Below, piece after piece: positions 43,801-57,599 of a stretch of 64,000 bases of DNA. The DNA is from the human T2T-CHM13v2.0 reference genome, Homo sapiens, in NCBI GenBank assembly GCA_009914755.4, contig CP068257.2, forward strand, positions 20,032,001 to 20,096,000. Reading direction: 5' to 3'. The notes under the pieces were generated by a model that ran no database searches, was not told the DNA's origin, and saw only the letters and a list, made by a program, of their open reading frames with translations. A program made the position numbers and the translations under genes. The stretch's first letter is position 1; the number at the start of each line of letters is the position of its first letter.

Positions 43801-46800
43801 TTTATTCAACAAATAAGTGGAAATGAGAGAAAGGGTCAGAAGGCAGGAAGGAAGAGAGAGGAGGGAGAGAGAAAAAACAAAAAAATAATCTTTGGAGTAA
43901 AAAAAACCTTAAAAAATCATCAATTTAAATGTCTTCCAAAGTATGGTTAAAAATGTGTGACAATTTTGACACAATTGGAAGTGTGAACATTGACATTGAA
44001 TATTAAAGTATTTGCAGATATTTTAGGTATACTACTAATGACAGTATGCTTTCAAAAAGGCTTGCCTTTTGGAGATTCATACTTAACTATCTGTGAATGA
44101 AATGCTGTGATGTCTGGAATATATTTTCTAATAAAAATAGAGGGAAGAAGTGGGTGGAGATATAGATTAAACGTGAATTGACATAAAATATAGGTACCAT
44201 CATAAGCTGGTAACTGTGAAATTTGAGTAATGAACAAAAGGAATCCATTATATCTTTGAGTCTATTTTTGAATTTTTTAGAAATTTTCCATTATAAAAGT
44301 TAAAAACAATGTTAACATTTAGAGAAAGTGATAACATTGTGTGCTTATTTTATCTTGAAGCAACATTTAATGCACTAGTCTGGAAAGAGCAACTTAAAAA
44401 GCCGCAAAGTCAGCTAAGAACTACATCGTCTAAAATGGTATCCACTACCCACGTGTATCTGCTACCCACGTTTATCCACTACCCACATTTCTCTTCAAGT
44501 GAAAAGTGTGTAATTCAAATTGAAATGTAATGTGATATAAACACACAATGCATTTCTTTCGTAAATATTATTTTTAATTGATAAATTATAATTGTAATCA
44601 TTTATGGAATAAAATGTTATTATTTTGATGTATGAATACAATGTGGAATGATTAAATAAAGTTAATTAATATATATCATCTCACCCATCATTTTTTATGG
44701 TGAGAAATTTGAAATTTGCTCTCTTAGTTACTTTGAAATATACACAATGAATTTCATATATAATATAAAAATGTAAAATGCCTCATTTATAATTTTCTAT
44801 TGATTATATTTGACATAACATTTTGAACATATCAGTTTATGTAACATAGCTTACTATGTAAATTCCCCCACTCATTTTACTTTCTTAATATGGCTACTAG
44901 AAAATTAAAAATTAATTTTTAATTAATTTGCATGATATTTTTATTGGTCAGTGCTGTTCTAGGTAATATAAGAAAGCAGGTTAAAAGATACTATAATATT
45001 AGGGACCTTTTGAAGGTTTTCTCTAAGGCAGACATATAGTTGACTTTAAATATACAGATGGTTATATGTGCTTAGGACATTTAAGGCATCAAGAACAACA
45101 AGACTGAATAACATTACTTATTCAGATAGCAGGATAAAAACCATAGAAATGAAAAAAATGAATAAACACAAAAACCTGAACTAGAATAATTATCATAATA
45201 GCTAATTTCTTAAATATTGTCAATTAAGCATAGAATGATAAAAATATTTTGTTATACATTATTTATGGAATGATTGATAGGAAGGCATATTCACAATTTT
45301 AATAAAGTTATATGTTTTAGCAAATCACTATGATAATTATAATATCCCAATGCTTCAGATGTTTAAATTTCAGTATTCAATATTCCAAAAAATAAGCCAC
45401 TTTATGCTTAATATTTTTTATAAATATCATCTGACTGTAGCACTGCATCATTTAAGATGGAGTTTGGGGGGTTAGTTTATCAGTAAATTTTATTCTCGTA
45501 AAAGTTTAAACGCTAATTTGGAAAAGAAATAAAACAACACTTACAGGTTCAGATAGAAAGGATGCCTTGCTCATATTAATTTATTTTACTATTCAAAGAA
45601 AGGAACATTTAGAAACCATCTTTACTGATAATTAATTTACTAAAATAACTTTCCAGAATTGACCAAAACTTACTCCTTGGATTTAATCATGTATCATTGC
45701 ATATATGTACCAATATTTAAAAAATAATTCTGACTCCTTTCAAAAACGATACAGTTCATTCTACTTTCCGTCACTCTTTCTCCCCCTCTACTTATCTGTG
45801 CACAAAAGTCACAGTGGACGTGCTCTTGACTGAATCTGAATCCGAACTCTATTTATCTGCTCTACGTATGTTCCCTGACCCTGTGGGCCCAAGTTCTGAC
45901 TAGCTGCAAAGCATTGGGATAATAGTATCTACTCTGATTTTTTAGAAATATGTGACTACGAGAGACAGAATGCTTTGTCAAATGTGACATCCAAATCCAT
46001 ACAAAACTGAGGTCTTCAATGCTACTGTGTAACCAATGTTTAGACTTTAAGACCTTGACTTTTTCCAAAATGTCAGAAGCTTTACTTCTGAATGTGACAC
46101 TTCATCAGGAGGCAAAGGTCTCTGATAAAAAGTCCTGGCATGTAGCAATTCTGCCAGTATAAGAACTGCGCCCACAGAACAATGTGGAGATAATCTTGTG
46201 TGAAGAATGGAAGGGAGCAAGCAGAATCTTCAAGCAGCTGTTTTGACGCAGGTGATTGGGGAGTTATTTTAAGCAGAAAGAGGAAAGTTCTTTGGGGATT
46301 CACAGTGACAGCCTCAGTCAGCCCTGCTCTGTGTCTGGATTATGGGATGGAGGATAATTGCAAGTGTCAGTCGAGACTGGTATTCAACAGCCGGGGTCTG
46401 AAATTTTCTACTTGAGCAATTTCCCAAACCTATGAGATAAGAGTGTACTATTCATGTCAAAGCTCAGGTATACACAACAGACAATGATCCAAAGTCTTAA
46501 TGGATAAACACTGCCTTGTGTGGTGTTCACTTTGAAAATGAAAATCATCAACATCAGAATGTATGCCCATCTACTTGTCTAAAAGCTTACAAAGCTGATT
46601 TATTAACACAGAAAGGAATCAAATGTCAGGCGTCTCTGGGTTTACCACAACATAGTATGGACCTCTTGTTTTCCATCTGTGGATGTAAGTCTTCACAGGT
46701 TAGAGAATCAAGAGAAATATTAAAATCACGCAGTAATGATGGATAGGGGTCCTTGACTTATTTAAAAAAAAAAAAATCACACAATTCCAGAAAACTGGCT

Positions 46801-49800
46801 AGAGCTTTGTAAAAGAAAAAAGAATGTAAATGTGAACTTATCTAATTCTCATGTAAATAATAGTAAACTTGAATATCTATAGGGACTGTGTTATAAAACA
46901 GAGGGGGATAAACTCTACTGGCTAAGCTACCTCAGAAAATAAATTGCCTTCCTTCTATTTCATTCTTTCTTGGACATGACTGCCCTACTACACAGAATGA
47001 TTGAACTAGATAATCGTGTGTAGGCTGCATGACCAAATAGAGAAGGTGGGGTTGCATTTTCATTGTCCAAGGAGTAGCCTATTGTTCTGCATACTTCTTT
47101 GCATGGCTATGTTAAAAATTTTCCATCAAGTAATTATTTCTACGCATTACTGAAGAACACAGGGAATATATTTGAAGCCAATTCAATTTTTAATTCATTT
47201 ACAAAGGAATTCAAAATAAATTACTCTTCCGAGATTCTTGCATTTTCTTAGGAAAATCTCTTTTCAAAGAAGAAATAAAACTAGAAAGAACATTTCAAGT
47301 TCATTTATATCAGCTTCTCACATCCTTCCCCTTTGGCACCATCAGTGTAAATGCATCTCATTCTATTTCAGTTTTCATTGGCATGGAAAAGGACTAGCAG
47401 TTCTTTTCTGGCAGCCAGCAAAACAGAAAACACAGCAAATCAGTTATTAAAATTTAAAGCACTCTTTTTTTTCTTGGCAATTGTAACTGTGACTCACAGT
47501 TCAGGAGAGTGGTGAAAATGTAAGTGTGATTTAACATCATAAAGTTTCTCGCTTAAGACCAACAATTTCACAAACTCAAGATGCCTTTAAAAAAATAAAT
47601 CTAGAGGAAGTTCATTTCCTGTTCTAAATAATTTTTCTAATCTCTGATAAAACCTTCAAGTGTAATCCTAAAAAACAAAATACAGCTCTCGTTTCTTATT
47701 TAAAAAAAGAAGAGAGAAAAGAAACAACATCACAGAAATAACTTTACTTAGAGGGAAACTGTTGTAAAGTACAGCCTGCCTGCTATTTCAAGATCCAATA
47801 CAATTTCCCAGGTTTTATATTATAAGCATCCACTTGAAGAGGAACAAAGAGAAACTTCAGTGCCAAATCAGCCCGTTGAAAAACACATATCCTCTCAAGA
47901 ATGATGATCTATAATTAATGCCAATCATTTGAGAAAGATTAAAAATGACATACAGCAACCCAAAGGAACAGTGTAGTGATTTCCACCCACTATTTTGATG
48001 GAGAGAAACTGTGATTACATTCAATGCAAGAGCAAGTTTGGGGGTAATGAGGATGATGAGGATGGTGACTCAGAGCACTCCAGAACACAGTTTGAGTAAA
48101 GATGATATAAAATAATAAAAGCCAATGAGATACTCAATTTAGGTTAAAATAACAACTGAAATAATTATTTGTTATAATCTTCTGCTCTCTCGACTGATTT
48201 TCATTTTATTGTACTTGCCTTGGCTAAACCTTAACGTTAGATTAAACCCAACTAATTTTCTTCGTGCTCAGGGCCCATACTTAGCTAATGACTATAGCTG
48301 GATGGCTTTATAAATGGAGAGTTTACCAAAATAAACACCTTTTTAGACATTCAACGTGTTTTATTTATCTTACGGTATTCCTCTTGTTAACCTGCTCTAG
48401 CACCCTGCAAAATAACATATTCGATGTTATTCTAATTATTTATAGTTGCATAGCAAACTATTCACAAAACTTAGTGGTTTAATCAATAATTTATCATATA
48501 TATGTCTCATAGTTCTATGGATTGCCTTTGTTCAGCTGAGTAGTTATATCTTTTCCTTGCATATGGATAGTGTCTGGGGATAGAGTCATCTGAATTCTTA
48601 ATTGAATTGCTTAATTGCAGCCACATGAGTTGGCTCCAATGTGGCTTTCTTACTCACACATTCGGTATTTTGTTGCTCCTTTCTTTAGCTCTCTATGTAT
48701 GGCATCTGATCTCTGGGATCACTTGTCATAGCTTTGGCTTCTCATAACATGATGGACTCAGGACAACCACACTTCTAATATGGTCCTGTCTTCCAAGAAG
48801 GAGAATCAAAGCTGAATTTCCCATTATAGGATATATGTGGGATTGGCAGCGTCAATTTGCCTGTGTTTTATTGGCAAAAGCAGTCACTGTAACTAGTGAG
48901 ATTCAGGAAGGCTGAAAAATCGACTTCAGTTCTTAATTGGAAAGTGGTAAAGCCACAGTGCTGAAGAGCATGTGAGATGGGAAATACTGTCTCATCTCTC
49001 TTTGAAAAATTCACCTACTATCCATTCTCTAGTATTTCAAATTTCTCAATGTCATCCCTACTTTCCTCCTCACCTATACACCATTACCCTTATAAATGCT
49101 GTCACTTCTTACTTTACAGTGAATATTGAAGTCATCAGGCGGATGCCAACTCAAATTTCCACTGCCAATTCTATAAGGCTTTCGGCATCTGTACTCACCT
49201 CTTTCTTTTTCTCTCCCATCATTAATGGAGGAAGATCTGCTTCTAGTAAAGACTCACCTCTCCGTATCTTCTATAAAGGTCATCCCTATATTCCTTTCTG
49301 CACCTTATCATGTTGCTTAACTGTTTTTCTCCAAGATCCTTGACTTCCAAATTTCTACTATTTAATTATATGTTCACAAAACATGGCTCAATTTTCTCCC
49401 ATCATTAAAACAAACAGGCTGACATGCACCAAAATACAGCGGAAGCTTCTTGGTCTTCAATGTACGCATTCAATATCCATGAGGACATAATCTTACTTGT
49501 TTCCTGTGTTTTACCACAGAAATTTTTGAAAGAGTTGTCACCATTCACTTTCTCCATATATTCTAAAGGAGCTTGTGTCAGGGTCAAAAATAAAGTATCC
49601 GGTTTCTAAATCTAAAGCCTACTCTTTAGTCTTTATCATATTAGATATCACAAGCTGCCTTTGACAGAATAGACCGTTTATTGTGGCTTAAAATACACTG
49701 AAGTATTGCTGTTTCTGACTCAATATCTTACAATGGTTTTTAGAAAGATATCTCTTTCTGAATTTAGTTGAATTTTCCCCAAGGCCTAGAGAAGACTCAG

Positions 49801-51288
49801 CAGGCAGAATTGATGACCTTTTCGTCCAATGTAAAGGGCTCAGTTAGGTCAGGTTCATTGTGTCTGGTTTCCTTATCCTTTAAGATGATTTCGCTCCCAG
49901 GAATTTCCTCAGTCTCTTAGCAGAATTTTTGTGGTTCATCCCACCTAGTGCATTGGAGAGCTCCGCATCATAGTTTAGGCTAAGCTTGTACTAGGAATGT
50001 ACTGGGTGAATTAAAATATATATATATTTCATTCATGAAAACATTGGACAGTGGACTCAACATAGTCAAGTTAATAAATACTAATAAAATTTCATTTCCT
50101 TAAAAATGTAAAATGGTCACTTTTTAACAAAAATATTTGGCCAAATAAAGGACGAGAAAAGATAAAATTAAGTGTCTTAAGGCTTTAATTGGAAATAAAA
50201 ATTAAAAATGCATCAATAACCTGATCATTTTTTCATGAATTGTTTAAAATTTAGCTATGGAAATAAATTCATGAGTCTTTAAAAAATTCTATAATTATGT
50301 TTATAATGGGGAAAAACCTCAAAAGTGTATTAAATTATCTTTTTCTTGTATAATTAAACAACTGTGGCATGCTAAATTGCTCAGACCTCAATCAACTCTT
50401 TGATTTAATGCTTCACTGCAATTCTAGCAGGTGGAAATAGAAATCAAAAATAAAATTTGGTACATTTTGTGCTCTGAAATAAACTGTAATTATATGTTCT
50501 TTTATAAAATTTAGTAAATAAGAAGGAAAAAACCAGAAGCTCCGTTGGCCAGCTATTCAGAAATATCAGAAAAAGCAAAAATCTAGAATCCTGATTAGGA
50601 TTCAGAATTCTCAATAAATTAAGCTCTTTGTTCAATGATGTTAGAAGTATAAGAAGGTTTATGGGACCCCAGTTGGCAGAAGATGCTAACATTTGGCTCA
50701 TTATTACTTATATTCAAGAAGCAGTGGTGATATATAAACACTCTAAAATATTTGCTTTTTTTGTAACACCATATCTCTAAGGTACTGCACATGTAAATCA
50801 TTAACATGTAAAGAATAAAAAAAGATAACGTTTAATTCTGTATTTGCATTATCATTAATTAGTAAATTTAGATCAATATTGTGTGAACCATACATTTTCT
50901 ATTCTCTATTATGGGATATTCATGTAATTATGTGTGAATGAATATAGACACAGGACCTGTAGAAAATCAATAACTAGGATAAAAATCACATTAAGAACTA
51001 GAATATTGAGAATTTTGAGAAACTGAGAAAATTGAGAAGTTATGTGAAATGGAAATTTAGAAAATGAAGCAGACAATGTTGCAAAATATTACTTTATGTA
51101 CCTGTTTTTCTGTTTTACATAACTTACAGCTACTTTCTTTGGGAATATAATCATAATAAATGTCTATAAAATTTAAGGCATATATCAGATTATACCGCAA
51201 GTACTATGAGTTTCTATATGGTTTTGAAAATCCTAAAGGTTTTCAAACAGTGTAAAGACATTAAAGACTTTTTACTAATATTATTTTA

Positions 51289-52645
51289 ACTATACGTGTA
51301 TATATAGTATAGTATACTTATATAGTATATTACGCTATACTTTATATACACACATACACTATAGAGTATAGTATATAGTATATACTATACTTTATTATAT
51401 GTAAAGTATATATACTGTATACTCATAGTATATACTATATACTCTATATACATAGTGCATATACTATACTCTCTATGCTATGCATAGTATACAGTATATA
51501 CTATATTCTATGTACTCTATATATAGTGTATATACTAGACTATGCTATGCATAGTATATAATATAGTTGATATAATCTATATACATAATATATATACTAA
51601 ATTCTGTATACTGTATATACATAATATATATACTATACTATATACTCATAGTATATGAGAATATATACTATATACTCATAGTATATATTATACTCTACAT
51701 AGTATATATTATTCTATAAAGTATATGCTATCTAATCACACAGAACTGCACCGTTTCCAAACAGGAAACTTTAACATTTTTGTGTCTTTTTATTCTATCT
51801 CATCCTACCCCTTTATCATACTCTGTATAGTACATACTCTGTATTGTATATACTATCTATATATGGTATATACTTTACAGTATATACTGTAGACTATATA
51901 TGATTCATTATATTATATACTATATACTATACTCTATACTCCTACTATATACTATACTCTGTATTCATACTATATACTATATTATATATACTATACTCTA
52001 TATAGATATTATATGCTATACATCATAATAGTGTATATTTCATCAATTATTTAGTTGCAGTTGTATAAAAATGTTACAACAAATGCTAGAGTCCTTCCCT
52101 TTCTTTCTCAGTTTACAGAGGCATTGGTTACCTAGTATTCACCAAATGAGTATAAGGAGTTTTTATCAAGTTAAAAAAAATTATCATTTTTCATCAGTAA
52201 TTAATTTCCACCAACTTTTCAGTAACGTGAAGTGATGAAGTATACACTACTATGGTATACTATAGTGTACAGTATACTATATACCATTTACTCCCATCAT
52301 TAATGGGGTTATATACTATATACTATAATATATAGTATAGTACATTATACTATATGTATACTACACTATAATACGTATACACACATACTATACAAATTAT
52401 ACTATATACTATATAGTATCATATACTATACTGTATATACACACATATAGTATATAGTATAGTATGCTATAATATACAGTACAGTATTATATATACATAA
52501 ATAGTTATAGTGTACAGTGTAGTATAGTATACCATAGTATGTATCACACATAGTTAAAATATTAGAAAAAATTTTTAATATACACATATATGTATACACA
52601 CACATATATACACACATATTTATATATATAGGTACACATATAATG
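51289..52645. repeat. Complex degenerate (TATAC / TATAG / GTATAC)n low-complexity block, about 1.35 kb, with two non-repeat interruptions (51733-51822 and 52020-52240)
   Basis: The sequence is dominated by the words tatactatatac, agtatatactat and gtatacagtatatac. It is highly self-complementary because GTATAC and TATA are palindromic. (CA/TA) runs lie at the 3' edge. Confidence 0.8.
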
Positions 52646-53509
52646 TTATTTAGTTTTTATTTATATCTAAATTTGTGCTATGGCTAGCCCTCATGTCACA
52701 TTTTTGTGAGAAAAGACTTTAAGAATCAGTTCTATGGTGAACTGTTTGAACTCTCTGTTAACTTTTCTAATAATACAGAACAAAAAATATAGAGATCATA
52801 AAAATCAGCTGGGAAAGAACTGACTTGGAAAGAGAATAAAGACATAGGCAACATAAAACATAACCAACCTAATCCATATTTAAGCTTTTTTTCAGCTAGT
52901 TATGCATCAGATAGAAAAGCATAGGCTGTAATGTGTTTGTTACAAATGATTTTTTAAAGAGTATTAGTCAGACATATTATTCAAATTCAAATAGCTTGTA
53001 AAATCCATAATATTAAGTCTTTAAGTGAAGAAAGACAAACTTGATAAGTTAATATAGTTTTTGTGTCTGATAGTTAAGTCTAAAAGTAAAGGCTCTACAA
53101 TTGAAACATTCTGGGTCTAAATCTCAGTTTGTATTACTTTGTGATGGTGGACAATTTGCTGAGCCTTTTTTTCTGAGTCTTAGATATTTTTATCTGTACA
53201 AGAGGCTTAGCAATAGCACCAACTTCATGAAATTGTTAGGAATATGACATGGTAAATGGAAATAAAGCAGTTATTCTAATGTCTGACAGAAGAAAGAGCC
53301 CAAATAAATTGTTAACATAGCTTTAATCAATTAGCTACCTCATGTATTCCAAAATTATATGATTCAAATTTACATTCACAGAGTAATTACTTCGCTTGCC
53401 TCTCTTCACCTTTGGTTAGTTACTATCTTTATGTTTATTTCTTCCATTTTCTTGATCCTTTTTCTCTCTATTGTCCTTCTTACACCCACAGGCAAGGCTA
53501 CGACACGAT

Positions 53510-53900
53510 TACTATTGACTAAATTATGCCCGTGCCCAAATTCAGACGTTGAAGTCCTAACCCCTAGCCCCCCTCAGAAGGTGACTGTAATTGGAGATAG
53601 GACCTTAATGAGGTATGTAATGTTAGAAGAGGTAATCTGAGTGAGCCCTAATCCAATATGACCTGTGATTTTTTTAAGAAGAGGCAGAACCACTACAGAT
53701 GCTTGTTCACAGAGAGGTCATGTGAGAACACAGCGAGAAGGCAGGACAAGGAGAGAGGCTTCAGGAAAAAATAACCCTGATGACACCTTGATCTCGGACT
53801 TCCACTCTTAATGACACAGAACGGCATCACTTGCAAACTGAAAACTTAAACGTTTTTGTGTCTATTTATTCTATCTCATCCTTCCCCTTTATCATCTGAT
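53510..53900 (+). repeat. MaLR-type LTR fragment (tentative)
   Basis: tgcccgtgcccaaattcagacgttgaagtcctaacccctagccc...ctgtaattggagataggaccttaatgaggt...gagccctaatccaatatgacctgtg...caccttgatctcggacttccac is the standard MaLR-LTR motif series (tgcccaaattcatatgttgaagccctaaccccc...ccctaatccaatatgactggtgtcct...caccttgatcttggacttc). Confidence 0.4.
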
Positions 53901-54303
53901 CATGTTTAGTGCATCTGATATTTTCCTTCATCTGATCATGTATTCTTCAGAAATTTTCCATGTATTAGTTTTTCATTCTACTTTTAGTCTTAATTTTTTT
54001 TTTTGTTATCCTGTCTACATTGAACCATGTCAGTTGTCCTATCCAGAGCACTCTTGATTTTCCTCTGACCTTTAATGAGATCAAACATAAAACTTGCTAT
54101 GTTTGGATGAGCCTTTCTTCACTTACCACCGCATCACTGCTAACGTTGCAAAGGAAAATTGTAAATATAGATGATTGTCTACTTAAAATTCCTGTCACTC
54201 AGAATTAGGTAATTTCTCATTGTTAACTTTTACTCATTTAAATTATTTTACTTAATACATAATCTAATATGTCCTTTTCCACTTTTATTAAGCTCCCAAA
54301 TAA

Positions 54304-54682
<379 letters not shown>

Positions 54683-56478
54683 CTAAGTTTGTCTTCTGAA
54701 TAGCTTCCTCAACACATTGCATAAGACAACAGCTTGTCTATTTAAACTTACATAAGTACACACATGCACACATACATATAACAGTTGTGAATTTTGTCAC
54801 AGAGCTTACAGAATTTCTATAAACTTTATGTTCTACCCACCATATTTATTTTGGTTTCTCAAGATTATATTTTATTATCTTCCACCCTTCCCAATTTCTC
54901 TTTATGTCACCTTTATAGAGTGATTGCCCTATTGGAATGTATCCCTGGGTTTAAATCTTAACTTTTCTATAAAGTCATTTATCTTATTGTTCCTTTGACA
55001 CCACACACAACAGCCAAGAACATGTCCTTCCCCACTCGTGTATCCAGGCCAGATACATGAAGCAACACAATCTGGTTCTCTGGGCCCAGTGGAAAAGGCT
55101 AAGTCTTCTTTCTATTGGGGAGATCAGTTACTTGGCTTCCTTATTTCACCCTGTTACTTTCAAAAGCTGACCTGGGTTCCTAATTAATTGAAAAAATGTA
55201 AAACTTATTTTTACTATGTACTTTCAGAACTTTCTTTATGCATGAAACTTCCCTTTATGTTCATCCACCTTCTCTTTATTCTGTTCTATCTTTGAGTGAG
55301 ACGTTGACTATCATTTCACCAGAGCCAATTCTGCCATTTGTATCCTCTGTTCAATCTATTCTATCTCTAGGGATTTTGTTCCATTATTTCCTTATTCTGC
55401 CATGCTTCTCAAATCTTTCTCCATGGAACCCTTTTAACTACAAAAATTCTTATGATTTTCTAAGCTTCAAACCCATTTTCTCTTGCTACCACTCTAATAT
55501 AATATCTTCTCTATTTCATTATAATTGACATCAAATTTCTCTGTCTCTCCTTTAGCTCTGCTAGTCTTTCATCTCATTACTCTTTTAACATTACAACAAT
55601 GACTTCACAATGGCAACTTTCATAGCATTTCCAGAAACCTCTTCCTTCTCAACTACTCAGTACCATTTTATAAAAGGCTCCACTTTTCTAGGTCTATAAT
55701 CTCTTATACAGGATTGAAAAAATTGCAGAATGCTAATGAGAGTCACGTTCTAAAAATTACTTTCTGGGAAATAAGTAAGCTAAGGAAAGAGAGAATTGAA
55801 GCCCACATGCTTTAAGAAAGGATGAAGATTCAGAGTTCAAAATGATGATGATTGTAGGAGCGTGTATGTCTCATATGAATCATTTGATACTAGGTGATGA
55901 TTTCATAGAAATCATTAAAAGATAGCTAGGGCTTAAGAATATAAGAACAACAACAAAAAAAGAAAGCTGTTTTACTGATAACTCTGTAAAACACTGAAGC
56001 ACAAATCAGAATACATTGGTTCTGCAATAGCAAAGGAACAAAGAGTGACTGGCAATCTTCGTGTTTCACAAACTATTAGAACATGTGTTCATTCTTCATA
56101 GAACTTATAACATAATTAATGTATGAGAGTCCATTATTTTGTAATGTAAAGTATGAGAGTGTCTACACACATTTTTGGTTTTTTTTCTGGGGACTATTAT
56201 TAAAATAAAAAATACTTTCATCTTTAGATGCAGCATTGACACCTAAGAATCTATACAAAAGAAATAAAAGTGAAGTCATGTAAAGGTATATGTACAAGGA
56301 TGTTAATTTCAGCATTTTTTTAAGTAGCAAAAATTAGAAACAGAGATCTTGTCATCAGTTTTAAAAAATAGACAAAGCATGGTGTATACACCAGGAAAAT
56401 ACATGCCATAAAAATTACACAGCCATTAAAAATATTAATTTCCATTATTCCAGTTTAACTAGAAGAGTTCTCTAAGTC

Positions 56479-56530
56479 GTTTTTTTGTTTTGTTTTGTTT
56501 TGTTTTGTTTTGTTTTGTTTTGTTTTGTTT
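56479..56530. repeat. (GTTTT)n microsatellite, 10 units, derived from the poly-A tail of the adjacent reverse AluY
   Basis: gttttgttttgttttg... runs directly into gagatggagtctccctctgtcgcccagg. Confidence 0.85.
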
Positions 56531-56817
56531 GAGATGGAGTCTCCCTCTGTCGCCCAGGCTGGAGTGCAGTGGCGCGATCTCGGCTCACTGCAAGCTCCGC
56601 CTCCCGGATTCACGCCATTCTCCTGACTCAGCCTCCTAAATAACTGGGACTACAGGTGGCCGTCACCTTGCCCCGGTTAATTTTGTTTTTATATTTTTAG
56701 TAGAGACGGGGTTTCACCGTGTTAGCCAGGATGGTCCCGATCTCCTGACCTCGTGATCTGCCCGCCTCGGTCTCCCAAGGGGCTGGGATTACAGGCGTGA
56801 GCCACCGCGCCCGGCCC
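56531..56817 (-). mobile_element. AluY-like element, reverse orientation, with TSD ctctaagtc
   Basis: It carries the AluY-diagnostic region gcaagctccgcctcccggattcacgccattctcctg. It ends ...ggctgggattacaggcgtgagccaccgcgcccggcccc. The flanks are ttctctaagtcgtttt (56465-56480) and cctctaagtcattttt (56817-56832). Confidence 0.9.
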
Positions 56818-57580
56818 CTCTAAGTCATTTTTAAGTTAAAAAAGTAAGGTATATCAAAAGTTGTGTATCATTTTAAAAATTTTTTTAAAAGGAAGGATGC
56901 TTACTATGTGCGATGGTTAATTTTGCATGTCAGCTTGACTGAGTCACAGGGTTCCCAGACATTTGGCCAAAATTTATTGTGAGTATTTCTGTGAGGATGT
57001 TTCTGGATAAAAATAGCATTTGAATTGATAGGCTGAGAAAAACAGCTTGCCCTCCCTAATGTGGTTGGACCTCATCTAGTCTGTTGACGGCCTCAATGGA
57101 ACAAAAATGCTGACCATCCCATCAGCAGAAAGGAACTGCACAGACTGCCTTGAGCTGGGATCTTGGTTCTTTCCTGCCTTTAGACTTGAACTGAAATTCT
57201 GGCTTTTTCTGGGTCTTGAGCCTGCCAGCACTGGAACATTAACTACGCCACGGGCTCTTCTGGGTCTCCAGTTTGCCAACTTCTCTTTGTGGGCCTTGTC
57301 TGTCTTTGTATATGTACATCTTATTGGTTCTGTTTCTGTGGAGAACCCTGACCAATACAAAGTTGATGTAATCACTCAAGGCATTGAATTCACACAAATT
57401 AGAGATTTTAACCAAAATTAAGTCTCTATAATTCCAAGTATGTAAGTTATCACAAGGAACAGGGAAGCCTCAGGAAAAGGAACACAGCTCTCCAGGTGCT
57501 TCCTTATGATGTTGAGTATATTTTATGGCCAAAATTAAAATATGTGTCTTCCATGTAATAACTGTGGCCACATAAATTAA

Positions 57581-57599
57581 ACACACACACACACACACA
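57581..57599. repeat. (AC)n dinucleotide run, about 9.5 units
   Basis: acacacacacacacacaca. Confidence 0.6.

Noticed and set aside
49208-52310. Motif tc(t)cccatcattaa(tgg) recurring at 49213, 49393 and 52293
   Set aside because: It is only 14-17 nt with mismatching flanks. Three occurrences in 64 kb of AT-rich DNA could be chance or a fragment of a common old repeat. It is not enough to claim a binding-site array.
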